Made by a program: the position numbers and the translations under genes. From positions 126,812 through 190,811 of the forward strand of contig JAZAHK010000006.1 in assembly GCA_036231405.1 (NCBI GenBank): a stretch of DNA of 64,000 bases. Direction: 5' to 3'. Positions 41,670 through 51,153 of this stretch are shown one piece after another (the first letter of the stretch is position 1; the number at the start of each line of letters is the position of its first letter). Source of the DNA: Nitrospinota bacterium. Lineage in GTDB: Bacteria; UBA8248. The notes under the pieces were generated by a model, which was not told the DNA's origin, did not search any database, and saw only the letters and a list, made by a program, of their open reading frames with translations.

Positions 41670-42872
41670 TTATAGAATCAATCTAGTCTGCATTTCTTTA
41701 TTCTGTTCTATCGATATACTTTCACCTTTTAATGCAGTAACAAACTGAAGAGTTTCCTTATCCAAAAGACAAAAATTTACATCAGACCCTGATATAATTG
41801 TTCCCAAAATTTCTTCAAGACCCAATAACTTGGCAGGATTTCTAGTTAGAGTTGCAATTACTGAAAGATTATCGAGATTACTCCAACTTTTAAACAATGG
41901 AAGAGCTTCGCCCAATGTCAATTTGCTTCCTGAAAGCACCTCTCTTTTTATAGGGTTTTTTTCAAATAAACCAAACTCTGAAACAAGATCAGAAGTCAAG
42001 ACTATTTTTTGCCAACCTTTTTTTTTCACAAAGCTCTTAATAACACTAGGAGATACATGAACACCATCCGAAATAATACCTGTGTATAAAAGAGAATTGT
42101 CAGCTACCTCTAGCATTGGATCGTCGGTTCTATGTAAAGGATTTTTATCTTCCTTTGAGGAATACCTATTATAAACGTGAACGGCAAAACGAGCACCAGC
42201 ATTTACACAATCTCTTATTCTTTCTGAAGATGCCATAGTATGACCTATGGCAGGTATTACATCCCTTACTGACAACCATTTTATGAGGTCCAATGCGGAA
42301 TCTAATTCCGGTGAGAACGTAACCATTTTTAATCCTGGATTACCAAAACGACCAAATCCCCCACATGATTTCGCGATTAACTCTATTTCAGAAAAATCAA
42401 TTTTTCTTAAAAATTTTATGGGATGAGCTCCACACATTTTCGGATTAAAAAAAGGTCCCTCCATATGAACTCCAAGAATTGTTGCTTCATAGCAAGCTCG
42501 TTTTTGTTGATTTGACCACGCAGTTTTAATTGCTTCTGCAGCAGATAATGCAGTTTTTATAGAACAACTAGTTAACGTTGGTAGGAAGGAAGTAGTGCCC
42601 GTTTTAAATAGGTTTTTTGCAATTCTATTAATTGCAAAAGGGTCTGCAGACAAAATTGTATCTTGCCCAAATCCGTTAACCTGCAAATCAATAAAGCCAG
42701 GAGTCAAAATGGAATCAGCTAAATCGTACGACAGAACTTGTACTGGAAGATCAACTCCAGAACTGGGGCCGATATAAACTACAGAAGAATCCTCAATGAG
42801 GACTAATGAGTCTCTGATTTTTTCTGTAGGTGTAAGAACCTCGCAACCGACAAGAGCGAGGGATTTCGACAT
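41670..42872 (-). CDS. nagA: N-acetylglucosamine-6-phosphate deacetylase
   Basis: Contains PGFIDLQVNGFG; the ORF is 400 aa. Confidence 0.85.
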   Translation of the reverse strand: MSKSLALVGCEVLTPTEKIRDSLVLIEDSSVVYIGPSSGVDLPVQVLSYDLADSILTPGFIDLQVNGFGQDTILSADPFAINRIAKNLFKTGTTSFLPTLTSCSIKTALSAAEAIKTAWSNQQKRACYEATILGVHMEGPFFNPKMCGAHPIKFLRKIDFSEIELIAKSCGGFGRFGNPGLKMVTFSPELDSALDLIKWLSVRDVIPAIGHTMASSERIRDCVNAGARFAVHVYNRYSSKEDKNPLHRTDDPMLEVADNSLLYTGIISDGVHVSPSVIKSFVKKKGWQKIVLTSDLVSEFGLFEKNPIKREVLSGSKLTLGEALPLFKSWSNLDNLSVIATLTRNPAKLLGLEEILGTIISGSDVNFCLLDKETLQFVTALKGESISIEQNKEMQTRLIL

Positions 42873-42879
42873 AACTTAT

Positions 42880-43470
42880 TTATTTCTTCTTTTTAAGTTC
42901 AGCCCTCACAAAAGTATTAGCTGAAACAAGTGAAGTGATATTCTCTAAAGCATAACCATAAAGATTCTTTTGAACCTTTTCCAGAATGAGATGAGCAGCA
43001 AGAGTATTTACTCCTGGCATAAAATCCATTTTTTGTCTTCCAGGATTTTTTGAAAATTCCTTCACCTCAAGCATAATCTCCTTATCGTTATAAAGTTCCG
43101 AATTCGCATATTCATAGGTCAACTTTACATAATCCCGTTCTTTCCTTTCTTGTTCTTTTGTTTCTCTTACAATATTTTCCATATCTGTAGAAAGAGGTTT
43201 TTTCTTACTCTTAACACAAACCTTTTTTATCTCTTTGAAGAAATTCTCTTTCTTATAACCTTTCGGAAGTTCAGATTCAGGTATTTTGCTGCTAATTTCA
43301 AAAGTGATTCCTTGGCCTGTAAACTTTGGAGGACCAATCTCATATGTTATTGCTCTATAATTAAATCTATCCCCTTTTTTTGGTTCATACTTTTTTTGAA
43401 GATCTTTACTTAACGAAACCAAAGTCTGAGAAGCGATTTTCGTAAAAAGTTGTTCTTGCAATGAACCCAT
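42880..43470 (-). CDS. Hypothetical protein (Lys-rich, no recognisable domain), likely co-transcribed with nagA
   Basis: 196-aa ORF starting 7 nt after the nagA stop on the same strand. Confidence 0.5.
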   Translation of the reverse strand: MGSLQEQLFTKIASQTLVSLSKDLQKKYEPKKGDRFNYRAITYEIGPPKFTGQGITFEISSKIPESELPKGYKKENFFKEIKKVCVKSKKKPLSTDMENIVRETKEQERKERDYVKLTYEYANSELYNDKEIMLEVKEFSKNPGRQKMDFMPGVNTLAAHLILEKVQKNLYGYALENITSLVSANTFVRAELKKKK

Positions 43471-43649
43471 TCAACTTTCCCCTATACTAAAATTTATAAA
43501 GAAAAACAATGGAGTGAAGATGCCTATACTTCGACGTACAGTCAAGAAGAAAACGATAAAAAATTTAAAAAATATTACAAAAAAGAATAAAAATACTTTA
43601 CATTAAATGATGTGAAACAATATAAAAATTTGAGACTTGGAGACAGGTT

Positions 43650-44570
43650 ATGAATGATAATTTACATATACGATTTGGGGGATACTCTCCACCTGAAACT
43701 ACCCATAGCCAAGCATCACTGTTTTTTCAAAAAGCAATCATAAAAGAATTTAAAGATTTTAGGGTCGATCTGTTCTGGAATATTTTAGACTTTGGGTATC
43801 GGGCAGAAGATCTTCTAAGTATGGTGGAATCTGGACTGTTAACAATGTGTTATTTTTCAACAAGTTACTTAACCAAAAGGGTAAAGAAATTAGGAATAAT
43901 AGATCTTCCATTTATCTTTAAAGACCTCAACCATGCACATAAAAATCTAGATGGAAAACTAGGAGAAGTTCTTGCAAAAGAAATAGAAAACCAGACAAAT
44001 TTTTTTGTTTTAGGTTTTTGGGATAACGGATTCAGGCATCTTTCTAATAGATTACATCCAGTTCATGAACCTTCTGATTGTAAAAATCTTAAAGTAAGAC
44101 TTCAGCCAAATGATATCCATGTTCAGACATTTAAAGCGCTGAAAACTAAACCCGTACCTATTGATTTAAAACCTGGCATAAAAAAAATTCAACTTGGGGA
44201 AGTTGATGCACAGGAAAATCCTCTGGAGAATACAATAACGTACGGAATTGATAAGCATCACAAGTTCATTACTTTAACTAGTCATTTTTACGGAGCAAGA
44301 GGTATTTTTTGTAACAAGGATTTTTTCGAAGCGTTAGATAGAAATAAAAAAACCCTTGTAAAATTGTGTGTCCGAAAAGCTATAAAAAAACAACGTAAAT
44401 TATCTGAGCAAAAAGAGCGCGAAGTAGAAAAAATACTCAAACAAAGGGGAATCGAAATCGTAAAACTCAATTCAACGAATAGAAGCAAATTCAAGAAAAA
44501 GGTATCTATTGTAATCGATAAGGCGAAAGAAACTTTAGGACCTGAAATTTTTAAATTGATAGAAGATTAA
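43650..44570 (+). CDS. TRAP-type solute-binding protein homolog (DctP family) lacking an N-terminal signal peptide
   Basis: DctP-like core (HIRFGGY...ESGLLTMCY...DLPFIF...GFWDNGFRHL). An in-frame stop 27 nt upstream of the ATG rules out an N-terminal extension. Confidence 0.65.
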   Translation: MNDNLHIRFGGYSPPETTHSQASLFFQKAIIKEFKDFRVDLFWNILDFGYRAEDLLSMVESGLLTMCYFSTSYLTKRVKKLGIIDLPFIFKDLNHAHKNLDGKLGEVLAKEIENQTNFFVLGFWDNGFRHLSNRLHPVHEPSDCKNLKVRLQPNDIHVQTFKALKTKPVPIDLKPGIKKIQLGEVDAQENPLENTITYGIDKHHKFITLTSHFYGARGIFCNKDFFEALDRNKKTLVKLCVRKAIKKQRKLSEQKEREVEKILKQRGIEIVKLNSTNRSKFKKKVSIVIDKAKETLGPEIFKLIED

Positions 44571-44576
44571 CAATAT

Positions 44577-45311
44577 TCAAACTCCTAATTTTTTTAGATC
44601 CAGTGATGATGAGGCATCAATAAGTTTCTTTTTTTTAATTAAGTTTTCCTTCATTTTATCAGAAAATCCTGAAACATCCATTAAATCAGGGATAAACGGA
44701 AAAACACCGATCAGAGGAACTGGACATAGCTCTTTAATCGCTTGAGGATTCCTCTCTTTAGCCGGTTCAGGAATTCCATCTAGATCATTTAGAATTATTC
44801 CTGAAACCTTAATACCTTTACTTTCTGCAATTTGTAAAGTTAATTGAGTATGGTTTATGCAACCAAGACCCAAAGAAGAAACTATTAAAAGATCCAATCC
44901 AGAGTCTTTAATCAAATCTATAACTTGATATTCAGAAGACAGTGGAACCAGTAGACCACCACAACCCTCGATAAGGATTGGTCCTTCATATTTCTTTAAA
45001 TCACTAATCATTTTCAATAATTTATAATAATCAGGTGGGTTACCTTCAATTTCTGAAGCATGCAAAGGAGCGAGTGGTAACTTATAACGATAAGGACAAA
45101 TATCATCTAGTGATCTTAAATCCGATGCGGCTTCTCCAAGTGCGATTGCATCACCTGGATTATTTAATCCAAAAGAGCAACCGCTTTCCAAAGGTTTCAT
45201 GACACGTGGAAATAGGCCTAAACTAACCCAATAGGAAAGAATTGCGGATGCAACAACAGTTTTCCCAACTCCTGTTCCTGTTCCGGTAATAAAAAATGAA
45301 GGATAAGACAT
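44577..45311 (-). CDS. bioD: ATP-dependent dethiobiotin synthetase
   Basis: Contains the P-loop FITGTGTGVGKT, LIEGCGGLLVPL and GCINHTQLT. Confidence 0.75.
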   Translation of the reverse strand: MSYPSFFITGTGTGVGKTVVASAILSYWVSLGLFPRVMKPLESGCSFGLNNPGDAIALGEAASDLRSLDDICPYRYKLPLAPLHASEIEGNPPDYYKLLKMISDLKKYEGPILIEGCGGLLVPLSSEYQVIDLIKDSGLDLLIVSSLGLGCINHTQLTLQIAESKGIKVSGIILNDLDGIPEPAKERNPQAIKELCPVPLIGVFPFIPDLMDVSGFSDKMKENLIKKKKLIDASSSLDLKKLGV

Positions 45312-45341
45312 TTATCTTTTTGATGAACCTCCTACAAAACT

Positions 45342-46478
45342 TTAAACAATTTTATTTCTCACAGGAAATAAAAAAATTAAAACACCCAATAGGGCGAGTA
45401 TTGAACTTACATGTAACAAAACATCATAACTATAATAATTAATAAACGCTCCAGCGCTAAGTACCCCTATAGTAGAACCAATTCCATAAGTGGAAGCACT
45501 GTAAAGGGATTGAACTGTATTCTTAGTTTCTTTAGTACTTTGCGTATCTATATATTGTATAGATGCAGGATGAAGTATTCCGAATGTCAATCCATGTAAA
45601 ACTTGAGTTGAAATTAGAAAAAAAATGTCATCAATAATCGCAATCAACTCCCATCTAATCGCTGTAGCTAAAATACCTATGATTATCATTATTTTCACAC
45701 CAATATAAGATCTTATCTTTCCAGCGAAAAAAAGAAAAAAGATTTCACTAACAACGCCCAAGATCCACGCAAATCCAATTAGAAAAGAACTTAGTCCTAA
45801 ACTCTTAAGATGAATACTGAAATAAAGACCAAATGGTCCAGAGGTTGCCGACACTATAATGCTCACAAAGAAAAATCTTAATAAATTTTTATCTTTCCAT
45901 ATAGAAGCAAACAGGTGTGAAAAGAAAAAAGACTGCTTTTTCTCATTGTTTTTAGGGACAAGTAAAATGAAAAAACCTGAAACTAAACCTGAAATAGATA
46001 CTAAAAGGAAAATATAATTTTCTTCAAAAATATCTATAACTTTTCCTGTCGTTAATGCGGCAACAATAAATCCTAGTGAACCCCACCACCTTATTTTTCC
46101 GTAATCAACTCCACTTTTTTTTGCTTCTTTTAAACATAAATTCTCAACAATGGGAACAACTGGACTTTTTAGACAATAGTAGAAAGTAATAAGGAAAAAA
46201 AGAAACCAAAATTCTCTAATATTCCACAAGAAAAAAGCTATGAATGATGCAAGTAAGGTACTAAAGAAAATAAGTCTTTTTTCGACTTTATATTTGTCTG
46301 CAATCGCGCCAAAAATAAACGGCATGATCATCGCTGCAACCCTCGGAGAAGCATTTAAAATTCCCAATCTAAAACCTTCAATCCCAACTGAGTCATAGAA
46401 AATATTGACAAAAGGAAGCATCACACCAACACCAAAGAAGTGAAGAAAATAGAATGCAGGCATTCGGAAAAAAATCAT
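45342..46478 (-). CDS. MFS transporter
   Basis: 12-TM protein. The ATG at 46478 (MIFFRM) is the likely start; the ORF track start at 46571 adds 31 odd residues. Confidence 0.7.
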   Translation of the reverse strand: MIFFRMPAFYFLHFFGVGVMLPFVNIFYDSVGIEGFRLGILNASPRVAAMIMPFIFGAIADKYKVEKRLIFFSTLLASFIAFFLWNIREFWFLFFLITFYYCLKSPVVPIVENLCLKEAKKSGVDYGKIRWWGSLGFIVAALTTGKVIDIFEENYIFLLVSISGLVSGFFILLVPKNNEKKQSFFFSHLFASIWKDKNLLRFFFVSIIVSATSGPFGLYFSIHLKSLGLSSFLIGFAWILGVVSEIFFLFFAGKIRSYIGVKIMIIIGILATAIRWELIAIIDDIFFLISTQVLHGLTFGILHPASIQYIDTQSTKETKNTVQSLYSASTYGIGSTIGVLSAGAFINYYSYDVLLHVSSILALLGVLIFLFPVRNKIV

Positions 46479-46589
46479 TTTTTTTTGGTAGAATTTTAGA
46501 TTTATCAAAATAATCTTTTTAAAATTGAAATTATAATATTTTATATCGGCACAAAAAAAATGATTTGTCACATAGTAGATAAAATTGAT

Positions 46590-46618
46590 TTACACTTTAC
46601 AATATAGGCTGATATAAT
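46590..46618 (+). promoter_or_regulatory. Putative sigma70-type promoter (TTACAC-17-TATAAT) upstream of the aldolase gene
   Basis: Hexamers read from the sequence. An RBS (CAGGAG) lies 6 nt before the ATG at 46666. Confidence 0.35.
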
Positions 46619-46665
46619 TTCCCCAATTAATAGCTCGTCTGCAAAATTTTTTTCAGGAGTAAAAT

Positions 46666-47703
46666 ATGGATCAAAAGGTCCTTATAACTACAGCGAATCA
46701 AATGGTTTCGAGTGGGAGGGGTATATTAGCTGCGGATGAAAGTTCCGGAACAATTAAGAAAAGACTGGACAACATTAACGTTGAATCAACTGAAGAGAAT
46801 CGTAGAGACTACAGAGAGCTACTTTTTACTACTAAAGGTATAGAAAATTATATAAGTGGAGTTATTCTTTTTGACGAAACAATACGTCAAAGTTCTAGCA
46901 ATAATGTCCCATTCCCAGAACTTCTTTCTACAAAAGGAATTGTACCAGGCATTAAAGTAGACATGGGTGCAAAAGATCTCGCGCTATCCCATGGAGAAAA
47001 GATTACAGAAGGACTAGATGGCCTTCGTGAAAGATTACTAGAATACGTGCAGCTTGGAGCAAAATTTACTAAATGGAGAGCTGTGATTGAAATTAAAGAT
47101 GGTGGACTACCCTCGCAACTTTGTATTGAATTAAATGCACATGCCCTCGCTCGATATGCAGCTCTTTCACAGGAATCTGGTTTAGTGCCAATAGTTGAAC
47201 CTGAAGTCTTAATGGATGGCAAACATACAATTGATCATTGCAAAGAGGTCACGGAAAGAACTTTAAAAACTGTTTTTCATGAACTTTTTAAACAAAATAT
47301 TCTTTTAGAAGGAATGGTCCTAAAACCAAATATGGTTATTTCTGGCTCTGATTGTGCGGAGCAAGCAGATTCTAATGAAATTGCTGCTAAAACAGTTGGG
47401 ACATTATTAAGATGCGTGCCATCTTCGGTTCCGGGAATTACTTTTCTATCCGGCGGACAAACTGACACATTTGCTACCCAAAATTTAAATGCAATGAATG
47501 CTCTTGATTCCCATCCTCATCCATGGGAATTAAGTTTTTCCTACGGAAGAGCACTTCAAGCAGCTTGTTTAAAAGCTTGGAATGGAAACTCCGATAATCT
47601 CGAAAATGCGCAGAAGGTTTTTTCTCATCGTTGTAAATGTAACAGCGCAGCTCGAGATGGATCGTATTCTGAAAAAACTGAACAAGAAATATCTGCAGCT
47701 TAA
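46666..47703 (+). CDS. Fructose-bisphosphate aldolase, class I (eukaryote-type)
   Basis: Contains GILAADES, TEENRRDYR, IVPIVEPE, LKPNMV, FLSGGQ and SFSYGRALQ. Confidence 0.9.
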   Translation: MDQKVLITTANQMVSSGRGILAADESSGTIKKRLDNINVESTEENRRDYRELLFTTKGIENYISGVILFDETIRQSSSNNVPFPELLSTKGIVPGIKVDMGAKDLALSHGEKITEGLDGLRERLLEYVQLGAKFTKWRAVIEIKDGGLPSQLCIELNAHALARYAALSQESGLVPIVEPEVLMDGKHTIDHCKEVTERTLKTVFHELFKQNILLEGMVLKPNMVISGSDCAEQADSNEIAAKTVGTLLRCVPSSVPGITFLSGGQTDTFATQNLNAMNALDSHPHPWELSFSYGRALQAACLKAWNGNSDNLENAQKVFSHRCKCNSAARDGSYSEKTEQEISAA

Positions 47704-47770
47704 ATTAAAAAGAAAATGGCTTCTTTTTCGTTTCAAACTAGATATTAATTGACTTTTCTCGCGGAAAAAA

Positions 47771-48754
47771 ATGCAAACTCCAAACACAGAATTTGTTCGA
47801 TTAGAAAAACACCTAAGTTCATGTGGTTTAGAAGAAGAAGTTGCGCAAATTCTTTGCGAAATCGCAAAATCTTCAAAAATTATAAACTCCAAAATTTTAA
47901 AAGCAGGTCTTATTGATATCTTGGGTACAACTGGAGGAAAAAACGTTCAAGGAGAAGTGGTACAGAAACTTGATGAATTTGCTAATAATGTATTAAAAGA
48001 TAATTTCGAGAAAAAAAAACTGGTCGCAGGAATTGCAAGTGAGGAAATGGATAATTTTCAGTCAATAACTGAAACCAGAAATTATCTTCTATTATTTGAT
48101 CCACTAGACGGTTCATCAAATATCGATGTCAATGTTAGTATCGGTACGATTTTTTCAATTTTAAAAAGAGATTCGTCTGAAAAACCTGTTTCCCTTCAAG
48201 ATTTTCTTCAACCCGGGATCAATCAAATCTCTTCAGGATATGTAATTTATGGTTCTTCTACTATGTTCGTTTACACAGCAGGAAAAGGAGTTCATGGTTT
48301 TACGCTTGACCCATCTGAAGATGATTTTTTTCTGTCACACCCAGATATTTCTATTCCAGAAAAAGGAAAAACTTTTAGTATCAATGAAGGAAATAGCGTT
48401 AATTGGTTAGATGGTGTTTCAAGATATATTTCCCATCTTAAAATCAATGATTCTGCAAAAGGGACTCCTTACTCAGGAAGATACATCGGGTCATTAGTTG
48501 CAGATTTCCATAGAAATCTCCTAAAAGGGGGAATTTTCTTATATCCAAATGATAAAAAAAATCCAAATGGAAAACTCAGACTTCTTTATGAATGTAATCC
48601 CATGTCTTTTATAGTCGAACAAGCGGGAGGAGCGTCATCAAATGGCTCTAAAAGAATTTTAGAGATTATTCCAGAAGACCTACACGAAAGAACCTCATTT
48701 TTAATTGGGAGTAAGCAAGATGTACAAGAAGCAACTAAATTTCAGAATAATTAA
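47771..48754 (+). CDS. fbp: Fructose-1,6-bisphosphatase class I
   Basis: Contains FDPLDGSSNIDVNVSIGTIF; the ORF is 327 aa. Confidence 0.9.
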   Translation: MQTPNTEFVRLEKHLSSCGLEEEVAQILCEIAKSSKIINSKILKAGLIDILGTTGGKNVQGEVVQKLDEFANNVLKDNFEKKKLVAGIASEEMDNFQSITETRNYLLLFDPLDGSSNIDVNVSIGTIFSILKRDSSEKPVSLQDFLQPGINQISSGYVIYGSSTMFVYTAGKGVHGFTLDPSEDDFFLSHPDISIPEKGKTFSINEGNSVNWLDGVSRYISHLKINDSAKGTPYSGRYIGSLVADFHRNLLKGGIFLYPNDKKNPNGKLRLLYECNPMSFIVEQAGGASSNGSKRILEIIPEDLHERTSFLIGSKQDVQEATKFQNN

Positions 48755-49655
48755 TTTTTCCTATAAAAAATTTAGTGTTCTGTTAACTCTACTTTTTTTA
48801 ACAGGATGTGTTTCAATTGAAGATTTTGACAGAAAATCTAATGAAGCAATGAGTTTGAGGCGAAACGTAGAAAATTTACAAAACAAAATAAAGTCCTTAC
48901 GAGCATTAAGATATTCCTTGGACAGAAAAATTAAAAAAAATAATCAGATAAATGAGGAACTTGAACAACAATTAACAATGTCTTGGAGAAAAAAACAAAA
49001 AGACACTGTTAAGATGTCAGATTTACGTTCAAGAATTTCAATTCAAAAAAAACTAGAAAATGAGACCAAAAATAAAATATCTGGTTTAAATTTTAAATTA
49101 GAAAATTTAAAAAAATCGAATCTACTTCTTGAAAGTCAACTCACTAAAATCAGGAAAAAACTAATTCGATTTGAAGATAAAATCCGGTTACAAAATCAAG
49201 TTTTCAAGGATTTAAAAAATCAATTTCGCTATGCAATCAAAAAAAAATCAGTCAAAGTACTTAGAAAAAAACAAAGAGTTGTAATAAGAATTGCAAGTAA
49301 CAAACTTTTTCGCTCTGGAAGAGCAAAAGTAAAAAAGCAAGGAGAATCACTATTAAAAAAAATAGCATTAGCTATAAAACGTTATTCAAATCGTGAGATC
49401 CAGATTCAAGGTCACACTGACAATGTACAAATTAAGGGGCAGCTTGCAGAAAAATGGGAGACTAACTGGGAACTTTCCACTGCTCGTGCTACGAGTGTCC
49501 TAAGATACTTAGTCGAGGTCGGTGATGTGGACCCTAGAAACTCTTCAGCTGCTGGACTAGGAGAGTTCAATCCTATTGCTAGTAATAACTCCAAAAAAGG
49601 CAAAAGCCTAAACAGAAGAATAGAAATTATTATTTATCCACCAAATAGTCCATAA
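48720..49655 (+). CDS. OmpA/MotB-domain lipoprotein with coiled-coil region
   Basis: Lipobox LTGC, a long coiled coil, and the C-terminal OmpA_C motif NRRIEI. The ATG at 48720 is preceded by GGGAG. Confidence 0.75.
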   Translation: MYKKQLNFRIINFSYKKFSVLLTLLFLTGCVSIEDFDRKSNEAMSLRRNVENLQNKIKSLRALRYSLDRKIKKNNQINEELEQQLTMSWRKKQKDTVKMSDLRSRISIQKKLENETKNKISGLNFKLENLKKSNLLLESQLTKIRKKLIRFEDKIRLQNQVFKDLKNQFRYAIKKKSVKVLRKKQRVVIRIASNKLFRSGRAKVKKQGESLLKKIALAIKRYSNREIQIQGHTDNVQIKGQLAEKWETNWELSTARATSVLRYLVEVGDVDPRNSSAAGLGEFNPIASNNSKKGKSLNRRIEIIIYPPNSP

Positions 49656-49690
49656 GTCAAAAACAAAATTGTTTAAATAAAGGGGTTTTT

Positions 49691-50332
49691 TTGCTAAGTA
49701 TTGATTGTATTGTTGTGGGACCCTTTCAGGTAAATAGTTATCTTGTAGGATGTACAGAGACCATGCAAGGAATTTATATAGATCCTGGTTCAGAAATAGA
49801 TAATGTAATAAGAATTGCAGAAGAAAAAAAAATTTCCATTCAAAAAATTATTGGGACTCACGCTCATATTGATCATGCAGAAGGTGTATTCAAGGTAAAA
49901 AAAGAAATGAATGTACCGTATTGGCTTCATCGAGAAGAATTGATGAATTTAGAAGCTATGCCAGAAACTGCAAGAGGATATGGACTACCAATTCCTGAGG
50001 TGCCTGAGGTTGATCATTTTCTCATTCCGAACGAAAAGATTGAAGTTGGAAACCTTAACTTTAAAATCTTACTTACAAATGGTCATTCCCCAGGAAACAT
50101 AACTTTATATATACAAGATGAGAAAGCTAACAAATATTATGCTTTTGTTGGAGATAGTCTATTCGCTGGTTCTATAGGAAGAACTGACCTTCCCGGAGGA
50201 GACTTACCGATTCTTCTACACAGTATAAGATCTCAACTTTTCACTTTGCCACCTAACACTATCGTTTATCCAGGACATGGTCCATCGACAACAATTGAAT
50301 TTGAAATAAAAAACAATCCGTTTTTAAATTAA
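49691..50332 (+). CDS. MBL-fold metallo-hydrolase (glyoxalase II-like)
   Basis: Contains HAHIDH; the ORF is 213 aa. Confidence 0.8.
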   Translation: MLSIDCIVVGPFQVNSYLVGCTETMQGIYIDPGSEIDNVIRIAEEKKISIQKIIGTHAHIDHAEGVFKVKKEMNVPYWLHREELMNLEAMPETARGYGLPIPEVPEVDHFLIPNEKIEVGNLNFKILLTNGHSPGNITLYIQDEKANKYYAFVGDSLFAGSIGRTDLPGGDLPILLHSIRSQLFTLPPNTIVYPGHGPSTTIEFEIKNNPFLN

Positions 50333-50346
50333 GGAAAATTATAAAA

Positions 50347-50895
50347 ATGAATCTTGAAAGTTGTAATTTTTATGATCATCCATATACAAAAAATAATATA
50401 AATTTTTGCGTAACTTGCGGATCAAAGCTCATATATCGTTCTTGGATTGAAGGAGATTCTAGCAAACAACTTTGTTGTAGCGATGAAAAATGTAATTATG
50501 TACATTTTTTAGATCCTAAACTTGCAACAGGAGTTCTAACACTTTTAGGAAATAAATTATTGCTACTTAAAAGAGCCTATAATCCAGGTAAAGACTATTG
50601 GACCTTTCCTGGAGGCTTTGTTAGTAGAGGAGAAATCGTAGAAGAAGCAGCTAAAAGAGAAGTTTTTGAAGAAATTGGGTTAGAGGTGAAAATAAAACAA
50701 CTTCTCGGAGTTTATTCCTTCAGTGGAGAGTTTACAATTTTAATCGTATATGTCGGAGTCGTGATTGATGGAACTCCGATCATAAATAAAGAATCTTCAG
50801 AGTTTAAATTAGTTTCGATTTCAGAAATAGTGTTTGATGAACTTGCTTTTGAAACGACTAAAGCGGCTATTATGGATTGGAAAAAAATATCATAA
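50347..50895 (+). CDS. NUDIX hydrolase with N-terminal zinc-ribbon
   Basis: Cys pairs CVTCGS...CCSDEKC and the Nudix box GGFVSRGEIVEEAAKREVFEEIGL. Confidence 0.75.
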   Translation: MNLESCNFYDHPYTKNNINFCVTCGSKLIYRSWIEGDSSKQLCCSDEKCNYVHFLDPKLATGVLTLLGNKLLLLKRAYNPGKDYWTFPGGFVSRGEIVEEAAKREVFEEIGLEVKIKQLLGVYSFSGEFTILIVYVGVVIDGTPIINKESSEFKLVSISEIVFDELAFETTKAAIMDWKKIS

Positions 50896-51093
50896 GTATA
50901 ACCTTCAATTACTTAATTAAAAATATTTAAAAATCCTTTAAATTTATGTAAAAAAATTACAATTTCTAATTTTTTTTATTTTAAATTGTATTTTCGCATA
51001 CATAATGAATTGAAAATCATACAAAAAAAAGCAAAAATATTTTAAATAAAGATATATATATCAATCATTTACAGTCACAGATTAAAATTTTAC

Positions 51094-51122
51094 TTGAACT
51101 AAGCTCTATTTCTGTTTATAAT
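51094..51122 (+). promoter_or_regulatory. Near-consensus sigma70 promoter (TTGAAC-17-TATAAT) with AT-rich, A-tract-containing upstream region
   Basis: Hexamers and spacing read directly; it lies 32 nt upstream of the ORF at 51154. Confidence 0.5.
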
Positions 51123-51153
51123 CAAAGACGTTTTAGAAATATTTCATTGTTTT

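Noticed and set aside
49640-49700. Terminator after the OmpA lipoprotein gene (AAACAA/TTGTTT stem then GGGGTTTTTTT)
   Set aside because: The stem is only 6 bp and AT-only. The T-run is part of the RBS/start region of the next gene, so it is not convincing.
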